A stretch of DNA of 64,000 nucleotides from Bacillota bacterium (GTDB taxonomy: Bacteria > Bacillota > Sulfobacillia > DUSP01 > DYEP01). Under the pieces are notes generated by a model. That model had not been told where the DNA came from. It did no database searches and worked only from the letters and a program-made list of their open reading frames with translations. The stretch is from contig JBFMAL010000008.1 of the NCBI GenBank assembly GCA_040755615.1, positions 4,693-68,692 of the forward strand. The letters are read 5' to 3'. Below, piece by piece: positions 56,532 through 64,000 of the stretch. Position numbers and translations under genes: made by a program. The stretch's first letter is position 1. Each line of letters begins with the position of its first letter.

Positions 56532-58214
56532 ATGCGCTGCACTGCAGCGCCGAGATCGGTGGCTATTCGAATCTTGGACCCTGAGACAGTAAACAAGATC
56601 GCTGCGGGGGAAGTGGTGGAAAGACCCTCCTCCGTTGTGAAAGAGTTAGTCGAAAATTCCATAGACGCCGGAGCGCGCAGGATCGTTATCGACATTGAGG
56701 ACGGCGGGAAAAAGATGATCAAGGTCGCCGATGACGGTTGCGGGATGTCACCTGAAGACGCTCAACTTGCACTGAAACCTCACGCAACCAGTAAGATCTC
56801 TTCCGTCGAAGACCTCTGGAACGTTCAGACTATGGGGTTCCGGGGAGAGGCGCTCCCAAGTATCGCAGCAATATCGAAATTTCGGTTGCTCACTTCAGAT
56901 GGTACGCAGGGGACCGAAATCAGGCTGTCCGCAGGTAAGGACCTGATCGTACAGCCATCGGGAGCGCCCAGGGGCACCACTGTTTGGGTGCAAGATATGT
57001 TCTACAATGTTCCTGCCAGATATAAGTTTCTCAAATCGTCCTCACGTGAGACACAAGCGATTTCCGACGTGGTTGCACGCCTGGCTGCAGCACATCCACA
57101 CATCTATTTCCACCTGCGTTCAGGAGGAAGGACAATTCTTGAAGCGGGTGGGACAGGCGATCTCCGGCACGTCATGGCGCAGGTGTTCGGCAACGAGTTC
57201 GCCGCTGATGCGATTGACCTGTACTTCTCGCTGGAAACTGTAACCGTCAGCGGTCTTCTGGCAGCTCCTCCGCACGGCCGTCCGTCAAGATCGGGGCAGT
57301 TTTTCTCTGTAAACCGGCGACCTGTACGTTCATTGCTGCTTACATGGGTGACGGATGATGCCACACGTGGTCGGTACATGCCCGGCAAACACCCGGTACT
57401 GATAGTGAACGTCTCATGCTCTGAAGGCATTGACGTGAACGTTCATCCTACCAAGGCTGAAGTGCGGTTTGCCAGGGAAGATATAGTGAGAAGAGCGCTG
57501 TTTCACGCTTACGAAGCTGCGTTCCTGCCAAGGGCGGACTACCCCGTCCCTGCACAAGCCAAAGAAACAGATCTGGATGAGTGGCCGCAGGCAGATGATA
57601 CCATCGCGCAGCTGGTAATGGAACACCCTGCCACCGGCCAGAGAGCATTCCCGGAGCTCAGGTTCCTGGCGCAAACGCATGGAAGTTACCTCTTGGCGGA
57701 AGCTTGTGACGGGATATACATCATTGATCAGCACGCTGCCCACGAACGGGTGTTTTACGAGGAAGTGGAATCAACCACATACCCAAGCCAGTTGCTGGCT
57801 GTTCCCGTTACGGTCTCGCTTGACGCAAACTCCGCAGCGGCATTCGACGAGCATAGACATACCCTTGAGGAACTGGGCTTCGATGCCGAGCCCTTTGGTC
57901 CACGATCGGTGATAGTACGCGCTGTACCAGGGGAGCTTGCTGTATCGTTCACCGAAAGGGTATTCACCGACCTACTCGAACATCTCGTCCATGCCGACTC
58001 AGGTTCTGGGCTTTCCGCCCTGAACGAGGCGAGGAAAGCCCTGGCAGCGTGCCACGCATCGGTACGAGCCTCTCGGGGGCTTTCAGACATGGAATGCGTG
58101 GCGCTCATCGAAAGACTGCGAGGTTGTCGTGAGCCGTTTTTTTGCCCCCACGGCAGGCCCACTTTTCTTAAGATAAGTCTTCACAGACTACGTAAGGATT
58201 TCCTCCGGACGTAA
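56532..58214 (+). CDS. mutL: DNA mismatch repair protein MutL
   Basis: ...IRILDPETVNKIAAGEVVERPSSVVKELVENSIDAG... (GHKL ATPase). The start is uncertain: ATG 56532 lies 2-3 nt after AAGGAGGG, and GTG 56559 is the alternative. Confidence 0.85.
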   Translation: MRCTAAPRSVAIRILDPETVNKIAAGEVVERPSSVVKELVENSIDAGARRIVIDIEDGGKKMIKVADDGCGMSPEDAQLALKPHATSKISSVEDLWNVQTMGFRGEALPSIAAISKFRLLTSDGTQGTEIRLSAGKDLIVQPSGAPRGTTVWVQDMFYNVPARYKFLKSSSRETQAISDVVARLAAAHPHIYFHLRSGGRTILEAGGTGDLRHVMAQVFGNEFAADAIDLYFSLETVTVSGLLAAPPHGRPSRSGQFFSVNRRPVRSLLLTWVTDDATRGRYMPGKHPVLIVNVSCSEGIDVNVHPTKAEVRFAREDIVRRALFHAYEAAFLPRADYPVPAQAKETDLDEWPQADDTIAQLVMEHPATGQRAFPELRFLAQTHGSYLLAEACDGIYIIDQHAAHERVFYEEVESTTYPSQLLAVPVTVSLDANSAAAFDEHRHTLEELGFDAEPFGPRSVIVRAVPGELAVSFTERVFTDLLEHLVHADSGSGLSALNEARKALAACHASVRASRGLSDMECVALIERLRGCREPFFCPHGRPTFLKISLHRLRKDFLRT

Positions 58215-58230
58215 GGAGGGATAGGTCGCG

Positions 58231-59169
58231 ATGCCCCAGCCCGTTTTAGTTATAGTTGGCCCGACAGCTGTGGGCAAAACAGAAATCTCCGTCGATGTGG
58301 CGCTCGAAGTAGGGGGCGAAATCTTAAGTGCCGATTCCATGCAGGTGTACCAGGGTATGAATATCGGTACGGCCAAACCTACCCCGGCTGAGCGAAAGGG
58401 CGTCCCGCACCACCTGATCGATATTGTTCCTCCTGACGTGAAGTTCAGCGTGGCAGAATACCAGCGTCTTGCGTGGGATACCATCCGCGATGTAGCCTCC
58501 AGGGGATACCTACCTATCCTGACCGGTGGCACAGGGCTGTATGTGGACTCAGTGATACGCGGTTATACGTTTGTAGACCTTGAGACGGACTGGGAACTGA
58601 GACGAGCGTTATTACGACAGATAGAAAGCGAAGGTAGCCAAGCTATGCACCGGAGGCTGGCAGAAGTGGACCCCCTGACCGCACAGCGCGTGCACCCCAA
58701 CGACGTAAGGCGCATTGTTCGCGCACTGGAGGTGTACATGTCCACCGGCAAACCGCTTTCTGATCTGAGCGGCAGGGGGAGCGGTCCATCTCTTGACTGT
58801 CTTGTGATTGGACTGACAAGACCAAGGGACGTACTGTACAAGCGGATCGATGAGAGAGTAGACCGGATGCTAATAAACGGGCTGATCGAAGAGACCATGG
58901 GCCTCCTTAGGTCAGGGTATTCACCTGACCTGTTTTCCATGAACAGCCTGGGCTACCGGGAAAGCGTGATGTACCTGCGGGGGTTGGCCACACTTTCAGA
59001 AACACGCAGAATCCTCGCTCGTAATACCAGACACTATGCCAGACGCCAGTACACCTGGTTTCGCAAGAACAAAGGTATAATTTGGATAAATTTGGGGCAC
59101 TCTACTGGCACGCAGGCGGTAGTGGAAGATATTGTTAGAAGGGTAGAAGGAAAATGGCCCAGAGTGTAG
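58231..59169 (+). CDS. miaA: tRNA dimethylallyltransferase MiaA
   Basis: ...VIVGPTAVGKTE... (P-loop), ...LSADSMQVYQGMNIGTAKP.... RBS GGAGGGATAGG. Confidence 0.9.
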   Translation: MPQPVLVIVGPTAVGKTEISVDVALEVGGEILSADSMQVYQGMNIGTAKPTPAERKGVPHHLIDIVPPDVKFSVAEYQRLAWDTIRDVASRGYLPILTGGTGLYVDSVIRGYTFVDLETDWELRRALLRQIESEGSQAMHRRLAEVDPLTAQRVHPNDVRRIVRALEVYMSTGKPLSDLSGRGSGPSLDCLVIGLTRPRDVLYKRIDERVDRMLINGLIEETMGLLRSGYSPDLFSMNSLGYRESVMYLRGLATLSETRRILARNTRHYARRQYTWFRKNKGIIWINLGHSTGTQAVVEDIVRRVEGKWPRV

Positions 59170-59208
59170 AAGTCTTTGGCGAAATAGAAAACCGGAGGGA
59201 GATGCTGG

Positions 59209-59457
59209 GTGACCAAGTCTTCTGTTAATCTTCAAGATCATTTTTTGAACCAGCTCAGGAGAGAAAACGTTCAGGCGGTGATCTACCTTATAAATGGTTT
59301 TCAACTTCGGGGATCAGTGCGGGCTTTTGACAACTTCACCGTAGCCCTGGACAGTGACGGAAAGCAAGTACTCGTCTACAAACACGCCATATCCAGCATC
59401 TATCCTGCACGGCCGGTGAGTTTAGTCGCAGATGCGGCAAAGCGGGAAGAGGAGTAA
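59209..59457 (+). CDS. hfq: RNA chaperone Hfq
   Basis: ...[40 protein letters not shown]... (Sm1/Sm2 motifs). GTG start after GGAGGGAG. Confidence 0.9.
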   Translation: MTKSSVNLQDHFLNQLRRENVQAVIYLINGFQLRGSVRAFDNFTVALDSDGKQVLVYKHAISSIYPARPVSLVADAAKREEE

Positions 59458-59463
59458 GAGAAG

Positions 59464-59504
59464 AAGACCGGTACTGAGACCTAGTCCCGGTCTTTCTTGT
59501 TTTC
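59464..59504. terminator. Hairpin terminator after hfq (overlaps the stop of the convergent minus-strand gene)
   Basis: AAGACCGG / CCGGTCTT stem with a 15-nt loop, then TCTTGTTTTC. Confidence 0.55.
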
Positions 59505-60821
59505 TAGGAGGATTTCTACGATTTCCTGTGCAGCCTTTTCTACACTCATTTTTCGGGCCATAACACGACGGAGGCACGCTTCTATCTTGTCTTTAGCTAT
59601 CAATTGACGATAAGCCTCAAAGCGGGTTACAGGCCTGACCGGAATCGACGCCAGGGATTCAAGGTAACTAAGCTCCTCTTGGGGCAGAACGGCTCCGCTT
59701 TTCCAGTCTACCATGGCCCGGGCTGGCACAACCATGAGCTGCCTGGCTATTATTGGCACGGTATGCTCGGCCAGGCTCCGTGCCACCTCAACGGCCAATC
59801 TTGACCTGTCTGCTCGTTCTCCCGGAGTGACAAACGCGAACACCGCATTTACCGTGGACAGGTAAGGCGACCCTTCGCGCGTGGGCAATGGAAGGATTAC
59901 TGGGTCAACGTCACGGGCCAACGCCTTTCCAAGCCGGGAAAGCCGGTCCCGCCAGTAGCGGAGAAATCCTGCACCTGCTGGACCGTATAGCCCTACTTCC
60001 CCTTCCCAGAATGCATAAAGCAGTTCGCTTTGTTGTGTTGCCCCGGTATTGCTGACGACGCTGAGCGGCATGTAAAGCTGTTTGTCGGAACATTCAAGAA
60101 GAGTCGTTCCTTCTGCCAGGCAGAGCGCAACAAGGAGCGATACGGGGTCTGAAATGCCAACCGCTATCCGCTTTTCCTTCATCGCCGTACAGGCCTCCGC
60201 GAACTCCTCAGGAGACCAGCCTTGGTCCCGCACTCGTTGCACATCGATACCCGCACGCTCAAGCAACACCCGGTTTCCTACGAAAAAGGCTGGCTCTATC
60301 CATCTCGGAAAGCCCCACGTTTGTCCATCTTGTTGAAGGGCGGTCATCCCTCTTAACGATGAGTTCTCCTTGTATTGCTCTGGCAGGAACAGGTCTACCG
60401 GGAGCAGGCGTTCATCTCCAAGGCACATCCAGGCAGGGCCTGAAATGATGTCTCTCGGTGTGCCAAGGTCCAGCTCTTTCCACACCGAAACCCAGGGATC
60501 GGCTATGGGAAGGGGCACAAATTGAAGGTCGAACACTGGCTGTTGTTGCTGTTCTGCGAGCACCACGTATGTCAGCATCCTGTCGTAACCATAAGCGCCG
60601 CCGAATAAGAGTGGCCAGTAGGTGTCTTGATACTCCAGGGTATAGAGCGTATCGCCAAGCGGCACCCATGGGTGTACCTCGACGTGCCTGTGTTCGTAGT
60701 ATTTACGGAAGTAAAAGGACCGGAGCTGTTCAACCACAGTGCTGCAGGCACCGGACCAGACGCAAGCAATGATGAGTAGTGCTATGGGTGCAGAAGCAAG
60801 CCATCTTACCCATGTCTTCAT
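59481..60821 (-). CDS. Hypothetical secreted protein / putative lipoprotein (about 446 aa)
   Basis: ATG at 60821 after GGAGGA. N-terminal MKTWVRWLASAPIALLIIAC resembles a signal peptide with a lipobox-like LIIAC. No recognisable family. Second gene of the minus-strand pair with the L,D-transpeptidase. Confidence 0.55.
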   Translation of the reverse strand: MKTWVRWLASAPIALLIIACVWSGACSTVVEQLRSFYFRKYYEHRHVEVHPWVPLGDTLYTLEYQDTYWPLLFGGAYGYDRMLTYVVLAEQQQQPVFDLQFVPLPIADPWVSVWKELDLGTPRDIISGPAWMCLGDERLLPVDLFLPEQYKENSSLRGMTALQQDGQTWGFPRWIEPAFFVGNRVLLERAGIDVQRVRDQGWSPEEFAEACTAMKEKRIAVGISDPVSLLVALCLAEGTTLLECSDKQLYMPLSVVSNTGATQQSELLYAFWEGEVGLYGPAGAGFLRYWRDRLSRLGKALARDVDPVILPLPTREGSPYLSTVNAVFAFVTPGERADRSRLAVEVARSLAEHTVPIIARQLMVVPARAMVDWKSGAVLPQEELSYLESLASIPVRPVTRFEAYRQLIAKDKIEACLRRVMARKMSVEKAAQEIVEILLENKKDRD

Positions 60822-60843
60822 GCGTAAGTCCTCCTCTGCCTCA

Positions 60844-61797
60844 TCATTTGATGCCAAGGAGCAGCAGCTCGTCAAGGTCTACGACACCAGTGGGCCGGAT
60901 GCCATAGTACGCTTGCATTTCCCGGATAGCCTGCTCCAACTGGGCGCCAAAGCGGCCGTCTAGTGGACCCCCGTCGAAACCAACCTGTCTAATCTTATAT
61001 TGCACGTACTGCACGTCTACGCCTACATGTCCCCTCCGGAGGATCCGTGATACGGTAGCTCTGATTTCCCGCCCTATGATCGTAATGCGAGTGCCAACAG
61101 GTACCCACTCGAACAACTCTATAACGTGATGATTAAACATTCGTATGCAGCCTGCGCTTGCATGTGAACCGATTGATGACGGGCGGTTTGTACCGTGGAC
61201 GCCATAGGTACCCCAGGGAATATTCAGGCCCATCCACCTGGCTCCGAAAGGGCCCCCGGGGTTATAGCGCTTGTTCACAATGGTAAACTCGCCCACAGGG
61301 GTAGGCGTCGAGAATTTCCCAATGGCTACGGGGTACGTCTTGAACACCTTATCGCCATCATAGACGGTCAGCCGGAGACGTCTCACGTCCACTTCCAGAC
61401 GTACTGGGCCTTTGGGGCGGCCGGGGGGAGGCACATCCTGTTGGCCCTGTGCTTCTTCTGCCCACAATAAATCCCACGTACCCTGGTCTACTATGCCGGT
61501 CTCAGGCAGCCCCCTCACTGATTGAAAACGTCGGACGCTCAGTTCAGTCTGAATGCCGAAAACGCCATCGATAGGCCCGTCGAAAAGTCCAAGTTCGTTC
61601 AGTCGAACCTGAACTTCGCGTACATCCTCACCTACCATAAACGGTATCGTATAGCATAGTTCCCTTTGTTCTTCACAGGTCGGGAGCCCCCAGAGATCAA
61701 CTGATAGCGTGGAAGGAACACTCTCCGCAAAGGCAGTACATACCAGCTGCAAACACATGACCAAAACGAGAAAGAAGTAAACACGGACCGAACGCAT
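60844..61797 (-). CDS. L,D-transpeptidase (YkuD domain) with peptidoglycan-binding domains
   Basis: Signal peptide. Catalytic motif HGTNRPSSIGSHASAGCIRM. PG_binding_1-like repeats (...LNELGLFDGPIDGVFGIQT..., ...VGFDGGPLDGRFGAQLEQAIREMQ). Confidence 0.8.
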   Translation of the reverse strand: MRSVRVYFFLVLVMCLQLVCTAFAESVPSTLSVDLWGLPTCEEQRELCYTIPFMVGEDVREVQVRLNELGLFDGPIDGVFGIQTELSVRRFQSVRGLPETGIVDQGTWDLLWAEEAQGQQDVPPPGRPKGPVRLEVDVRRLRLTVYDGDKVFKTYPVAIGKFSTPTPVGEFTIVNKRYNPGGPFGARWMGLNIPWGTYGVHGTNRPSSIGSHASAGCIRMFNHHVIELFEWVPVGTRITIIGREIRATVSRILRRGHVGVDVQYVQYKIRQVGFDGGPLDGRFGAQLEQAIREMQAYYGIRPTGVVDLDELLLLGIK

Positions 61798-62098
61798 GGC
61801 GCCATCCCCCCGAAGTGGTTCGCTCTGTAAGATATTACTGCCCAAACAGCGTCGTCATGCCAACCTGTGAACCTCGCCGGTTATAGGAGGCGGCTCTCCA
61901 TGATAGGCGCTGCGTATCAAAGAGAAGTCGAAGTCAAACCGTTTCTGCATGTAATAGATTGCTTACCTCTATAAGGATGATCTTTCATATTTCATGTCGA
62001 ATTGAGGTTTTTGTGGGGTACTCAATCATCCGCGAGCAGAACATTGTCTGCTGTTTTGCGTCCCCTGGGATTCACAGTAGAAAAGGGAGTGACACTTC

Positions 62099-63928
62099 TT
62101 GGTTAGAGTAGAGTTCTTGCCGTCCGGTAGGACTGCTGTCGTTCCTTCTGGAACCACAATCCTGCAGGCAGCCATTGCAGCAGGTCTGCGCGTTGAAAGC
62201 GCCTGTGGAGGACGAGGCACGTGCGGAAAATGCAAGGTGAAACTTGTGGGAAATAGCCAGGTTCCTCCTGCACCCGCTGAAACAAAGCTGCTCAGCCCAG
62301 ACCAGCTGGACTCAGGCTGGGCGCTGGCGTGTCTGCGCGTTGTTACAGAAGACACGGTGGTAGAAATCGATGAACAAAGGGATGTACTAGACAGGAAGGT
62401 AGGAATGGCCGGGCTACTAAACCTTGAGACAATCGCGCCTAGCGTAAAGAAATACCACGTAGTCCTACCGCAGCCCAGCGTGGAAGACCAGACACCGGAC
62501 TGGGAACGCCTGACTGCAGCGCTGCCTGATCCCCGCCTCCGGTTTAACCGGACAGTTGTATCCAATTTGCCCGGAATCCTTCGTTCCGGCAATTTCGTTG
62601 TGACCGCTGTGGTGGATGGGGACGAGCTGGTCGCTGTGGAACCAGGCAACACGCAAGACAGATCTTTCGGCCTTGCAATAGATATCGGTACAACAACGGT
62701 CGTGGCCTACCTCACAGATCTTGTCACAGGCAAGGTTGTAGCCAGGGGAGCTGTGACCAATCCGCAAAATGTCTTTGGTGCTGACGTGATCGCCAGGATT
62801 ACTTACGCCTCAGGGGGACCCACAAAGTTACAGCAGTTACAGGAGAAGGTAGTATCCGGCATCAATTCTGTCATTGCCGGTCTTTGCCGGGAGGCACAGG
62901 TAAGCACGAAAGAGATTTATCAGGCAGTAGTAGTAGGCAATACTACGATGAGCCACCTCTTTCTCGGGATTGACCCAACCAACCTGGCACCAGCCCCGTT
63001 TGTACCCGCTTTTGGGCAAATGGTGGAAGTTCAAGCTCAGGAGCTGGGGCTTGAAATGGTACGTTCGGGTAGAGTCGTGGTGCTCCCCAACGTGGCAGGT
63101 TATGTGGGTTCAGACACTGTGGGCGTGATGCTTGCAGCTGCAGCAGACCGCCTTCCCGGGGTTAGCTTGATGGTGGATATAGGGACGAACGGCGAGATCG
63201 TACTGGCAGGGAAGGGAAGGATCCTTACCTGCTCCACTGCGGCCGGGCCAGCCTTTGAGGGTGCGGAGATCAGGTGTGGCATGCGAGCAGCGGAGGGAGC
63301 AATTGAAGGTGTTCGTATCCATGACGATGTAGAGTTGGAGGTCATTGGGGGCAAAAGACCAGTTGGTATCTGCGGGTCCGGACTGATCGACGCAATCGCG
63401 GAGATGTTAAGGACGGGTATCGTCGTCCCCACAGGGCGCTTGGCGGGCCCGGATGCTGGTGATGACCTGCCCCCTCTCGTGAGGAGACGCCTCCGCAAGA
63501 CTGAGCAGGGAAGTGAGTTCGTCCTGGCCTGGGCAGAAGATTCGGCCACAGGCGAGGATATTGTACTGACCCAGAAAGACATCAGGGAGTTGCAATTAGC
63601 CAAAGGCGCGATCAAGGCGGGAACTCACGTACTGCTCCAGGATTTGGGCGTAGAAGTAAAAGATATTGACCGGGTGCTCTTGGCCGGAGCTTTCGGAAAC
63701 TACATAAAGAAAGAGAGCGCAGTAGCTATCGGACTACTACCAGAAGTACCTCTTGATACCATCGTGTCCATTGGCAATGCTGCCGGTGACGGCGCAAGGC
63801 TCGCGCTGCTCTCCGCCGCTGAACGGGCACGGGCGGCAATGCTTGCGCGCAAGGCCGAGCATGTAGAGCTTTCAGGTCGAGAGGAATTTCAAAACGAATT
63901 TGTTAATGCGTTGTCCTTTACAAAGTGA
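62099..63928 (+). CDS. Corrinoid activation/regeneration protein RACo-like (N-terminal 2Fe-2S ferredoxin plus ASKHA-fold ATPase domain, DUF4445)
   Basis: N-terminal plant-type ferredoxin CGGRGTCGKCKV...LAC, followed by the ASKHA domain (...AIDIGTTTVVAYL..., ...DIGTNGEIVL...). TTG start. Confidence 0.85.
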   Translation: MVRVEFLPSGRTAVVPSGTTILQAAIAAGLRVESACGGRGTCGKCKVKLVGNSQVPPAPAETKLLSPDQLDSGWALACLRVVTEDTVVEIDEQRDVLDRKVGMAGLLNLETIAPSVKKYHVVLPQPSVEDQTPDWERLTAALPDPRLRFNRTVVSNLPGILRSGNFVVTAVVDGDELVAVEPGNTQDRSFGLAIDIGTTTVVAYLTDLVTGKVVARGAVTNPQNVFGADVIARITYASGGPTKLQQLQEKVVSGINSVIAGLCREAQVSTKEIYQAVVVGNTTMSHLFLGIDPTNLAPAPFVPAFGQMVEVQAQELGLEMVRSGRVVVLPNVAGYVGSDTVGVMLAAAADRLPGVSLMVDIGTNGEIVLAGKGRILTCSTAAGPAFEGAEIRCGMRAAEGAIEGVRIHDDVELEVIGGKRPVGICGSGLIDAIAEMLRTGIVVPTGRLAGPDAGDDLPPLVRRRLRKTEQGSEFVLAWAEDSATGEDIVLTQKDIRELQLAKGAIKAGTHVLLQDLGVEVKDIDRVLLAGAFGNYIKKESAVAIGLLPEVPLDTIVSIGNAAGDGARLALLSAAERARAAMLARKAEHVELSGREEFQNEFVNALSFTK

Positions 63929-63943
63929 CTTTTATGGTATGTA

Positions 63944-63975
63944 TTGACGTATATACAACGACATGCTAGTATTTA
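63944..63975 (+). promoter_or_regulatory. Possible sigma-A promoter for a gene beyond the window end
   Basis: TTGACG, 17 nt, TAGTAT. Confidence 0.3.
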
Positions 63976-64000
63976 CCTGTATAACCTCTAGAAACAGGTG

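Noticed and set aside
62026-62652. 208-aa minus-strand ORF
   Set aside because: Antisense to the RACo ferredoxin domain. Ser/Thr/Arg-rich low-complexity translation.
1-64000. CRISPR arrays, IS elements, integrases, phage genes
   Set aside because: No direct-repeat arrays, inverted terminal repeats, transposase or integrase-like ORFs were seen. The window appears to be core chromosome.

Overview
This 64-kb window looks like chromosomal DNA from a high-GC, endospore-forming Firmicute (Clostridia-like), judged from an alpha/beta-type SASP gene, spoVS, and the cinA-thpR-recA-recX-rny-ymdB-spoVS and mutS-mutL-miaA-hfq blocks. It is densely coding and mostly on the + strand, with frequent 4-nt ATGA/GTGA start-stop overlaps indicating operons. 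I found no rRNA, tRNA, CRISPR array or obvious mobile element.

Main content, in order:
- A 5'-truncated membrane protein.
- speH (AdoMetDC), an M42 peptidase and ndk.
- A metallophosphoesterase and a DUF72 protein.
- An MFS-mtnP-ahcY-mtaD-HAD operon (MTA/SAH salvage), preceded by a 414-nt structured leader.
- A DUF401 membrane protein (minus strand) and a histidine phosphatase.
- dinG-surE-HDAC, then a patatin gene and a peptidoglycan-binding polysaccharide deacetylase.
- A SASP gene and an FmdB zinc-ribbon gene.
- A roughly 15-kb catabolic island (21.0-36.4 kb): a translationally coupled five-subunit Fe-S/FAD dehydrogenase (HcnABC / proline-dehydrogenase-complex-like), a polyferredoxin, a tungsten-type aldehyde:ferredoxin oxidoreductase and a MoaD-like protein, followed by an MBL hydrolase, a D-2-hydroxyacid dehydrogenase, a cupin, a DDAH-like pentein enzyme, a YjiH-type permease, a PucR-family regulator, an aminotransferase and a CN-hydrolase (AguB-like).
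- The cinA/recA/rny block, a PHP protein, and a minus-strand ADP-forming acetyl-CoA synthetase with a DRTGG protein.
- nifS-thiI, an AEC transporter, miaB, and mutS-mutL-miaA-hfq.
- A minus-strand L,D-transpeptidase plus lipoprotein pair, and a RACo-type corrinoid activase at the window edge.

The most interesting candidates are the Fe-S/FAD dehydrogenase plus tungsten-AOR operon embedded in the PucR island, a deaminase-linked MTA/SAH salvage operon, two unusually long non-coding gaps (5116-5529 and 36367-36806), and an uncharacterised ORF inserted between rny and ymdB.
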